Shown: positions 10,729-20,619 of the stretch, one piece after another
Numbering within the stretch: position 1 is the stretch's first letter
Layout of the letters: the number at the start of each line of letters is the position of its first letter
Assembly (NCBI GenBank): GCA_032718475.1
Contig: JAUCBJ010002013.1
Coordinates: forward strand, 1-42,029
DNA from: Nemertoderma westbladi
Taxonomy: Eukaryota; Animalia; Xenacoelomorpha
Direction: 5' to 3'
DNA length: 42,029 nt
The notes under the pieces: generated by a model
The model's database searches: none
Told to the model about the DNA's origin: nothing
What the model saw: the letters and a program-made list of their open reading frames with translations, nothing else
Program-made: the position numbers and the translations under genes

Positions 10729-12114
10729 TGTTGCCGTTATCCCGACACCAGGGGGGAAAAACGCCGATGCTGGAGGCGGGGCTTTACAGACCACGGAGTC
10801 CTGGCCAGTCACCGGATATTGATCGTGGAGAAGGAGGAATTTCTTATATACAGGATTGCGGTTGAGGAAAAGTTGCATTGGTTGGATATACTCTTTAATG
10901 TAACTTCCTACAGTTGAACCCTGCTTGAGAATAAATTGGGCTTCCCCAAATCAATATACACCAAATATTCACAATAATTATACACGACAATATAAATCCC
11001 TACAGTATATTATTTAATTACCCACTGTTCGCTCAGATTTTAGCCTAACTAATGTTCCCCAGATTTTCCCCCGGTCCTAGTCTTAGTGCCGTGGTGTTGG
11101 TGTCGGTCGACCCTGTCGCGTGTCCATTCCACCCCTCCCGAACCCCGAAGGGATTGATCATCGAGAACCAGTACGGCTTGGCTAGGAGTCTGTCATGTCG
11201 GTGGACCCGTTCGTGTATCCGTCCCACCCCTCCCGATCCCCGAAGGGATCGATCATCGAGAACCAGTACAGCTTGGCTAGGGGTCCGTCGGTTCATCGCA
11301 GAGACCCAACCACCTAGGCTTTCCGAGTCCTTATTCAGGCTTGTAGTCGTTTCGGCAGCCGAGAAACTGCTCCGAACAGTCGGTAGGCCAGTAGCGTCCA
11401 GTCCTTTGTCTTTCGACCCCGTCGCATATCCGTCCCACCCCTCACGAACGATCATCGAGAACCAGTACGGCTTAGCTAAGGGGTCTGTCGTCGGTTCCCG
11501 TCGCAGATCCCCGGCACAAGCAGCAGACTTTCCGATGTCCTTTTAAGGCTCGTAATAACTGCTGTTGACCAGAGACCGCTAAGGGCAGTCCTCGTCAAAC
11601 CCTTCCTCTGTAAGTCGGCCACCCTTTCGCATGTCCGTCCCACCCCTCGCGAACCCCGAAGGGATCGGTCATCGAGAACCAGAGTATGGCTTAGCTAAGG
11701 GGGCTGTCGTTTCCCGTTGCGAATCCCTGGCACAAGCAGCAGACTTTCCGATGTCCTTTTCAGGCTCGTAATAACTGCTGTTGGCCAGGGGCCGCTAAGG
11801 GCAGTCCTTGTCCTTTAGGCCTGGTGCGTTACCAAATCCACCTCTACAGGCAGCAGGAAGTTGGCCAGGGCCTAATAGTACTCAGGCTAACCTGAATACT
11901 GCTTAACTTTGCCTCCCACCCCTGGCCCTTATAAATATGAAATTATTCCCGTACCCTGTAAGTCGCCCTAATATTCGCCCATAAATCGCCCCCAGTCCAT
12001 TGAAAGTGCCCAAAACCCATGGTCCCGCACCCAGTAGTGATATCGGAATAATCATTTTAAATAAATACAAAAAATATTCAACTCGCGTTATCAAAAGTTG
12101 AAATACCGCGAACA
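10729..12114 (-). repeat. 3' LTR (1386 bp)
   Basis: Minus strand begins TGTTCGCGG right after the PPT and ends CGGCAACA before the TSD; TATA-like TATTTATAAG at 11928-11937; ATTAAA polyA signal at 10894-10899. Confidence 0.8.
11109..11812 (-). ncRNA. Array of conserved structured RNA modules in the LTR R region (4 x module A, 2-3 x module B)
   Basis: Module A at 11109-11190, 11203-11286, 11415-11485 and 11618-11704; closing stems change compensatorily; C-UUCG-G loops and G-U wobbles fit the minus strand. Confidence 0.55.
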
Positions 12115-12123
12115 GTCCCCCCC
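12115..12123 (-). other. Polypurine tract
   Basis: GGGGGGGAC directly 5' of the LTR TGTT on the minus strand, preceded by a GACCT-CACGA-AGGTC hairpin. Confidence 0.75.
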
Positions 12124-12294
12124 AATGACCTTCGTGAGGTCTATCGGTAGATTGAGTTTGCGTAGGTCATTCCCAATATAAAAAACCCAAATTTAATATT
12201 GCATAGTCTTGATTAATTTGGCCTAGAGTTAATATAGATATATATATGTATAAAAATAAATGTTCAATAAATGTTCCTGGAATATCCCGGTCCA

Positions 12295-14604
12295 CTATTT
12301 CTTTCTCTGATACGCCTTTCTCCTCTTCGCCCGTCGACTCTCGTCGATCGCTAGAGCTGGAAGGGGAGCGTCAACATCCATCGTGAGCAACGCTTCGGCT
12401 TGTCTCCTGGCGGCTCTTCCTTTTGATGGCATCGGGATCATATCGGTTCGTCTTTCCAACTCGGTGTTGCGCGCCTCTAGGAACCACTTTCCATCACCAA
12501 ACTCCTCTTTATACGAGTATAAGCGTCTAAGGACTTCGAATGGGCCGAATAATCCGGCGCTCAGCAACAGATCCACGTAATGGAAAGGTAGCGTGGCCGA
12601 CGTGTGGAGGCGTTCCGGGAAGGAGAAATACCCGCACGCCATCTCCTGTGCGATATTCCGAGCGTTTCTCCGCACTTTGGTCCTTATGTGGCTGTTTGCG
12701 TATGTTTCGAACATGACCATATTTCCCATAGCGGTAGCGTCTTTGGTAGGACATTTGATATAGCAGCAGGGGCTAGCGGAATGTCCACGGAACCCGCACG
12801 TAGTGCAGAGGTTATATAGGATCGGACAGACGGAAACGTCGTGGCCCGATGTCGCGCATTATGAGCAATAAAGTATCCCGATGAGCTGGAGACACGAATC
12901 GGTAACCCGATTTCTACTACCGCGTGGGCACTGCTCCGAACCGCAGTTACCGCACACCTCCAACTGCATCTCTCGACCGGGGAATATCGGAATCGGGACT
13001 CCGACGTAATACTCGAGTCGTCGGTCGCTCTTCTGAATATTTGCGGTGGCTGGTAGCCTGCGGAAGGCTGGGCTTTGGCGTAGTATGTCCTCGCTCCAAT
13101 AACCTTCTTTATGTCCGGCTGGTCTCAACTCGGACGACCGTTTCTGGTGGTGGATCCATTCGGTTTGCTCAGCGTACCATCGGGTTAGTCGCATAGGATC
13201 CTGAGGAACGGAAGGTGTAGTTGCCACCGCTGGTCGGCGAAGAGGTGCCGGGGTTTTCGGCGGAGGGATTCCGAGGAGATCATCGGGAGTCGGCGCAGTG
13301 CTGGGACCCTTTTCAACCAGTATCGCTGAGCGGGACCGTTGATTGCTGGTACTCGGAATCTCCGAAGACCAGTCTTCGCCACCCGGGAAAGGATATGGGG
13401 ATAACCTTTGGCAAATATTGCCGAAGTCGCTCAATGAGGAGGTGGTGATTAACTCCCTCGCAGGGCTACCGGAGCCGCGTGGGATGGAAGCGCCCGCTTC
13501 CGTCGCAGGCTCGGCAGAGGCAACCCGTTTGGTGGCCGGTTGGTAAGCGGCTTCCGGCTTGAGTTGTCGCTTCGGGGTGGAGAGTAGAATGCCCTCATGT
13601 AGCCATAGTTCTTCCCCTTCCGAAGAAATCAGAGGCTCCTCCGCGCTGAGAAGATCGGTAATCGTAGGGATGTCGTAAGGTCCGTTCTCGTCCCAGGAAT
13701 CGATAACGGTGAGCGTTTTCGTCTCTCCCGGTGTAATGTTCTTGACCGCTTTAAACGCGTGGTTTATAACCTCGTTCCAGTCGTAGTCGACGAAGGAAAG
13801 AGGAACCGCCGTAATGAGGTTATCGAGAGTTTTACAGATAAACTTAGCGACGGTGTATGATTCCATAACGACGTAGATGTAGCTCCATCGATCCGGATTC
13901 TCCCACCTTTGGTGTATCGTCCACTTTCTCTCAACGTCCTTCCATCGACCCTCTCGCTCGCTCTTTATTTCTAATCCCGGGTATCCACCATATATTTTAT
14001 TATAATCCCGGAGTTTCTGAGGTTTGAAGTTGATGCCGCCGTTTAGCACGGCGAGGTAGCCAATCCCGGATTTCGTCGGTCTCACCTCGCGGAAACCTCG
14101 CATGAACTCGGCGAATCGTAACCAGGCTAATAGCGTTTGGGTGTCGACGCAATGACTAAGGGCGTTGAGGTCGTCTCGATGGTCTCTTCCTAAAGGAGCG
14201 TTCGCGTAGTCGTTCCGGACGTCCGCTTTTATATCCGACCCAATTTTAATGACGTCGAAGTCAAAGAGGATCTTTTGGATTTCCGGAGGTAGTAACCAGA
14301 TCGCTCCGGCTGCCTGCACTTCCTGTCTGGGTGTCGGGAATATTCGACACACCAATACCAAACCGTCCAGGGTTCCGAGGACGACGACCAAGGATCGACC
14401 GTATTCTTTCGCCCCGTACTTTTCCTGGTAGTCGTCGCGATTCTGGATGATCGATATACGTTCCTCTCGTAGCGTCGCCGTACACTCCGACAGGTTTCCC
14501 CAGTGGGCGAGGTACGTATTCTAGTCATTGACGAAACTTTGACATCGCGCCAACGTAATCGCTTTCGAGGTGGGCGTCGCATTTCCCTCGTTGTCGTACC
14601 GTCA
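12295..14604 (-). pseudogene. Retrotransposon accessory ORF: DEDDy/WRN-like 3'-5' exonuclease + Pro/Ser linker + CCHC-type zinc knuckles
   Basis: LLPPEIQKILFDFDVIKIGSDIKADV (ExoII-like), CVDTQTL, SGIGYLA..GGINFK, RW..YVVME (ExoIII-like). ORFs 12859-14391 and 12295-12729 are in one frame joined across a TAA (CS*CATSGHDVSVCPILYNLCTTCGFRGHSASPC); another stop at 14521; N-terminus cut at ~14605. Confidence 0.7.
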
Positions 14605-14605
14605 A

Positions 14606-15081
14606 CCGGGGTGAAGTGGGATCAGAGGGGTGAAGTGGGATGAAAAAATATTTTGTTTAAAATGACAATAAAATGTAAATGCAATTACTTATTGTGAAAA
14701 TTGCGACTAGTGTGTATGAAGATATGTATCTTCATAATTATTTTGATGCATAACAGAGATAATAAATTATATTTGCATATTTTAAAGTTGAAAGTTTGAG
14801 ACAACCTAAAATGTTAAAAAATTTTGGCATCAAAAATTACATGTGCCCTACTAAAGTAATTTATATTTACTGAAAAGTAATATGTTCACTAAATTATATA
14901 TCAATCTGTTTTGATGTTAACTTAATATATCCCAGTTTAAATCATATTAAAGCTGTAAAAAACTGTGAAATGTCACCTGGGGTGAAGTGGGATAATTTTT
15001 GGGGTGGAGTGGGATATTGATTATTTTACTACTGGTAACGATTTATTGCTGTATTTGGTATTAGCATTTTACAAAAATATT
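14606..15081 (+). mobile_element. Truncated Tc1/mariner-pogo-like DNA transposon end
   Basis: CCGGGGTGAAGTGGGA..GGGGTGAAGTGGGA at 14606-14640, motif pair repeated at ~14978-15014; AT-rich body; no second TIR. Confidence 0.5.
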
Positions 15082-15130
15082 TACAAAAAATATTCAACTC
15101 GCGTTATCAAAAGTTGAAATACCGCGAACA
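15082..15130 (-). repeat. Remnant of the 5' LTR (first 49 bp)
   Basis: Identical to 12066-12114 and followed by TSD GCATT. Confidence 0.85.
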
Positions 15131-15524
15131 GCATTGATTACGTAAAATACTTAGGTCAAACAGGTTACACATGGCAATGGTTTAAATGATGACACAATTA
15201 ATTACTTAATTAATTACAATTACAATAAAGTGTTAAAACTGCAGTGATTATCAGATTGCAGTCAACGTCAAAATAAGCAATAAATCAAAACAAGAACTTT
15301 GCAATATCTTTATCAATATCTTAGCAATATCTTTGATTTGTAGTATCCACGACATCCTGTTTTGTCTTAAAATAATTTCCCTAAACGGAGACTAACGACC
15401 TTTGTAACTGTTCAAAGTCTCGAAACTGTGAGAGTAACTGCTGATTTATGGCAGATGGATACTCGTATCCACTGTAAACTCATTGCGTTAGTTCGTTTTT
15501 GACCAAACTTGAGATTCTTTCTCA

Positions 15525-15631
15525 AGGGGGGACGTTTATTCTAGGAGGGCGTTTAAGTTGCTAATTGGATAGGCGTTTATTTGAGGGGTGCGCTTATTAA
15601 AGACAGGGTGCTTATTCGAGAAAATAAGGTA
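15525..15631 (-). mobile_element. Pogo/Tigger-like MITE end
   Basis: Repeated GGCGTTTATT/GCTTATT motifs ending TTATTCGAGAAAATAAGG-TA (reverse complement TA-CCTTATTTTCTCGAATAAGC). Confidence 0.45.
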
Positions 15632-15802
15632 ATTTGATTTGTGTGGGCTAATTAAAATTTTATGAAAATAATGTACCGGTACCTTTTATACCTTTTTTTA
15701 ATTGCATCAAATATCTTTCCACCTTTTTTTATTGCTAAAAATCTCCATGCGAGGGCTGACAATAGTACCCTGAACTGGTACCTGAATAATTCAGAAGTTC
15801 TG

Positions 15803-16420
15803 TGTGAGCGTATTCAATTCCGCCTCACCAACCCCCATAAAGTTGGGAAGGGCGCCTTTAAGCAATATTGGGAAGTACGAGGTTGATTGCCAATCAACCT
15901 CGAATCACCCCAATAAACGGGGACGACAAACCCCCAAAGGGCCGCCCACAATGGAGGTCAGAGGTTTAAGCCTCCGGGGAGAGGGAAAGTGACAGTAGCG
16001 GGGGGGGGGGGGGGGGGGGGGAACACTCCCAGAGAGTTAAGGGCGAGAATTAGGTTACTAGCCAATGGGGGGACAGCAGGGCATCAGCTAAGCAATATGG
16101 CCAAAGGTAGTGTAGTATATTACCGGTCGGTGTTGCATTTATCAGTTAGTTTACCCAGTCACTCAGTGAACACCGGTGACATCTTTGCACCGTCATCGCC
16201 ACCCAATACTGCTATATTACCGGTACATATCTTGTCAATCTATTATTGCTGCCTAACTGTAACTTACTGTGTCATATATATATATATCATTATCTGAATA
16301 TCAAGGAACATCAATCAATTCTTACTGTTTCACTATAACGGCCTCGGCCGCGGCACCCAAGGGTAAACACGGTGACGCGTAGTAAACCAAATCCGGTCGG
16401 GATCCCTAGATCCCGTCACA
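15803..16420 (+). repeat. 5' LTR of the BEL element
   Basis: About 97% identical by eye to 22837-23448; TATA-like GTATATTA at ~16115 and Inr-like TCAGTT at 16142. Confidence 0.95.
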
Positions 16421-16430
16421 GTGCAAAGAT
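16421..16430 (+). other. Atypical primer-binding site GTGCAAAGAT
   Basis: Lacks the TGG of tRNA-CCA primers; perfect reverse complement of LTR 16181-16190 (ATCTTTGCAC). Confidence 0.55.
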
Positions 16431-16475
16431 CTAAGGGAACCACTATCAAAACTGTGACTGCCAAGGAAGTTAAAG

Positions 16476-19400
16476 ATGAGCCAAGAAGGAGAGACGACAC
16501 CGCCGCGGACCCCGGACGACAGCCTAACGATCCGCGAGGCCGCGGCGAGACGGTATCGACCCATGAGGCCGGATTCGCCGACGAGAGACGGTCCGGCGGC
16601 CCAGGCGGAGGGCGGCCGTCTACCACAGCGAGGGACGAGCGAATCGAGAGAAGGGAGAGATGAGTCGACGCACGACGGCGGTCGACGTACCGATGTTGCC
16701 GGCCAGCCACAGGCCGAGGGCGACGGACGGCCCACCGGAACGGCGACGGTGGGGCCGCCGGTACGACGCCGGACACGGAGAGAAAGATGGTATGTCGGTG
16801 ACGAGGACGTCGGAGTTAGCGACCGGCTCCGACAGGCCTACAACGCAACGAGGAGGCAGATAAAGGAAGCTAAGGAGGGAGAAAAGTTGGACCAGGTGAA
16901 GCTAGAGAAGCGGCTAGGTGAGTCGAATAAACATTTTAACTATCTAGTTCGCTTTGGGCAAGGAGAGTTGGCGGGTGAAAGAGCGAGAGAGACCGCCACC
17001 GAATGTGGGGGTATGGAGCCTGGTGTAGTGTACATAGGGCCATACTTAGTGGATGCCCGGGGAGTTAAGTTAGTGGGTTGGTCAGATCCGCACGAGGGCG
17101 AATCCGAGGTTAGTTCCGAGGATTCGGTCTCGACGGTCAGCGAGAATCCCGGAAAGTGGGGGAAAGTTAGCAGGATGGAGAGGCGACGGGAGTCCGTCAT
17201 GACCGATAAGTCCGCTACATCCTCCGCGAAAGAAAGAAGGGTGTTGGAGATAAATCTGGCGTGTCGTTGACTGAGAATTGCGGCGCTAGTCCAGAAAGAG
17301 TTAGAGAGGCGACTGAGTGAGGAAACCGCATTGTTGGAGAGAGAATGAGAGTTGGCAAGGGAGTATAGAGAGAGAGCCGAGGAGTGTAGAGAGCGGGAGA
17401 TGAGAGTAGAGAACGAGCCGGCGAGGCGGCTTGAGTGGGTTGCGAGAGAGGCAGAGTTGGCCTAGCAAAGTTTACGAGAGGACAGAGAGAGAGAGATAGA
17501 AGCAAAGCGTGTGCGGGATGATTTGCATGCCCGCCTAAGGGGGCTTATGCAATATCAAGCCAAACAGAAACGCCGACTAAAACTGGCGCAGTTGGGACTA
17601 TCAGAGAGTGAGGCTGGCTCGGGTGGTGTTTGCGAGGAGCCAGAAGTAGTGAAAACGTTTATTAATACCCCACTTACAAGCACCGGGCGACAGAACCAGA
17701 ACTGGTGTAGCCGTACAGGCGGGGGGGGGGGGGGGGGGGTAATAATAATACGTTAGAAGTAATTAATATTAATAGTACCGTAGTGGATAACCCTAATCAA
17801 ACCTTTATTGCAGATAATAACCCTTTACCTAATTTAAATAAAATAATTAAGTAATTTAAATATAAATAATTCAAATAATAATTCTAATTCAAATATTCAA
17901 AATAATCCGAATAATATTAATTCAAATATTCCAAATAATTCGAATAATAATTTAAATTTAGAAAATAATAATAATTCTAATTTAAATAATTAAAATAATA
18001 GTATTGATAACGGGGCTATTAATACTAATGTAGTAGGCACAGATGGTCCAGCCAACGGTAGCCTGCAAGGCAACGCAGTTAGTGCGCAGAGAGTAGCGGG
18101 GGTGAGAGACCCCAACGGGAGCCTGGTAGGCCACGCAGTTAGTGCGCAGGGAGTAGCAGGGTTGAGTCAACCCGATGGGGGCCTACCAGGCCACGTAGTA
18201 GTAGAGAGAGAGGCGGGGGTGAATAGACCCAGCCGCAGTAGAGACAGTGCGTTGACTAGAGAGGGACGTAGAGGCGAAGTGAGAGATAGTGAAGTTAGAT
18301 GCAGCGGATGGGGGGGAGGGGGGGGGGGCTACGGGCGCCCCACCACGGAAAATTAGTGGCTAGAGAGGGGGGGCAGAGAATGTCCGACAAGAGGGACATA
18401 GAAGTGAAGTAAGAGATAGTGAAGTTAGAAGTAGTGAAGTAAGAAGCAGCGGGTGGGGGGGGGGGGCTACGGGCACCACACCACGAGAGATTAGTAGCGA
18501 GAGGGGGGGGGGGGCAGGGAATGTCCCACAGGCATCGGCGGATAATGCGCAGGGCAAGTTAGGTGAACCGTGGCACCCGACGACGGAGAATAGTAGGGCG
18601 ATGGTGAGTATCCCCAGGATGGTCCAGCCGGACAGAGTAGAGTCAGATGTTAGCGCCGAGAGTGGGCGAGCGACGATACGCCGAGCCCAGTCGGAAGATA
18701 GAAGAAGATTAGTAGAGTTTAACCGAGAGGTCGAAGAGAGAAGAAGTGAAGATAATAGAAGAGTCGTTGCTAGGAGCAACCGGAGAGCGAGGACGGATAG
18801 CGAGCCGTCGATAGTAGAGATGGAGTTAGGGAGTCAGTGGGGTTGAACTCCGGGAGATTGCCGTCGCCCCGGAGAGACGCACCGCACGCCAGGAGAGGGG
18901 TACAGAGTGTACCGATACGAAGACGAGAATAGAAGAGGGGATCGAAGAGAAACTTCCCGACGGGATATAGCTGCCGATCGAGAGTACGTTAGTCGCGGGG
19001 AGATTCGAGATTCGAGAGAATTAAACTTCGGTTCGGAAGGGCACATGCAGACTGCAGGACATACTGTAGGCCTTACTGCACATACTATTATAGGCCATGC
19101 TGGGAGAGATAGAGTAGGCGATAGGGTAGCGCGGACGACGGGATTAAACCCGGAAGTCGCGGAGTACATACCGGTAGGTAGGCAAGAAGTGGATAGGCCT
19201 ATATCGGTACCGGCACAGCAGCATGACTATAATATCCAGGGACATAACATATATCCAGGGGAGGGGAGAGTTATTGCAGATAGATGTATGGGCCCCAATA
19301 TATCAACATCAACCCCAGTACCAAACATACCGGTGGGGGGGGGGGGGGACAGGGTGACATTCCCCCATTACAACATCAACAATATACTCGAACAGCAACG

Positions 19401-20580
19401 AGAACATCGAACCCCCTGGACGAGAACAGGTCGTGCGACATGGAAATATGGTGGGGACCATTACCCCCAATGATATATCCAACTCAAACAAAATCAGCAG
19501 ACAGGACGGGCAGACCGCACCCAACAGGAGAATCTGTACAGCGTCCTTCGAACCCATTGGAAGCACAGGCGATGGGAATGGCTACATTAATCGATGCATT
19601 AAAGACCAGGATCGAATTACCACCAGTTGAGCCATTTAAATTCGACGGAAGTAGGCCGGAAGAATACCTGCAATTCCGATGCATGTACAGCAACGAGATA
19701 TTAAGTAAGAACCTGACACTGGCGGAGTGCCTAAAATATCTACAGGTGTATACAGGAGGCCCAGCATACGACATCATGAGGCAGTACCAGGGCATCGAGG
19801 GTGGCTTCACGATGGCATGGCGGGCGCTAGACAGGGAATACGGACACCCAGCCAAGATCATCCGGCAAACCTTGAGAGGTATGACATCGGGTGGCCTACA
19901 GGACAACCCCATTAGCATAAAGACCTTTGCGAACAAGGTCGAGAAGGCGTTAATTGTGTTAAAGACGCTAGACGCGCCATACGAACTCAACGCATCTAAT
20001 AACATCACCACGATAGCGCAGGCACTGCCGATCTGGCTGCGGAGCAAGTGGAGGAAGATTGCCTTCTCCACTCGGGAGAAGAAAGGTGCGGAGCCAGGGC
20101 TAGACAGACCCAGTCTATAGTGAGGATAGTTTGGGGAAGGCGCCAAAGACCGAATACAACAGGCCTAGACCCGAACATAATCCAACAGATCCATTCCCAA
20201 GAGTAAGACAATCGCTACCACACGCGGCCACACAGGGGGATACAAGCCCACAGTTAGCTGGGAGTAGGGCCACACCGTGGCAGGGACAGAAAGAAAATAA
20301 CACCACAAATAAACACAATCCCAACATACCCAGTAGGCCGAGTCTAGATAACCAAAACACTAAATCGGTAGATATAAACCTACGCGCGATACGTGAAGGA
20401 CTATACAGTGAACGCTATAATCCAGGATTCGAATTCCAATTACATTGGGACGGAACCCATAAGACCATGATTTGCAAGCACTGGCAAGCGTTGCCCAAAC
20501 AAGATTGTATAGCCTACACAGACGCAAACGGACTATGTCATCGATGTGTGGTAGAAGGACACAGATCCGGATAGTGTAGA
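16476..20580 (+). pseudogene. BEL gag, fragmented by stops and frameshifts (coiled-coil N-terminus, DUF1759-like capsid, CCHC knuckles)
   Basis: ELPPVEPFKFDGSRPEEYLQF...CLKYLQVYTGGPA...AWRALDREYG (19284-20120); degenerate knuckles H....C and NGLCHRCVVEGHRSG*C (20440-20580). Confidence 0.85.
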
Positions 20581-20619
20581 GAAACAGCAGTTAGAGAGTC
20601 CGAGACTGGAGGCCAAACA

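Larger units (their letters stand above)
10729..15130 (-). mobile_element. LTR retrotransposon remnant (BEL/Pao- or Gypsy-like) with gag-pol deleted and an extra ORF retained
   Basis: 5-bp TSD GCATT at 10724-10728 and 15131-15135; TGTT...AACA termini; 50-bp identical LTR start at 12066-12115 and 15082-15131; G7AC polypurine tract immediately before the 3' LTR. Confidence 0.85.

Noticed and set aside
11026-11032. TGTTCGC as the LTR end (perfect inverted match to the LTR start)
   Set aside because: Gives no TSD, whereas 10729 gives a GCATT TSD and includes the polyA signal
11045-11546. ORFs of 136 and 164 aa on both strands
   Set aside because: Lie in the GC-rich LTR repeat array, have no recognisable domain, and indels between repeat copies do not preserve frame
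11109-11704. Hammerhead, HDV-like or twister ribozyme, or SECIS
   Set aside because: No CUGANGA/GAAA core; the HDV P1/P3 nested pseudoknot could not be built despite GCTAAGGG; no twister consensus; the AUGA/GA motif lacks the SECIS-length helix and apical AA
12859-14391. Host WRN/EXD gene or endogenous RNA virus
   Set aside because: Intronless, bounded by a PPT, LTRs and a TSD, so better explained as retrotransposon cargo
19484-20146. 220-aa antisense ORF and other antisense ORFs over gag, protease and LINE ORF2
   Set aside because: Shadow frames of real coding sequence with no independent motifs
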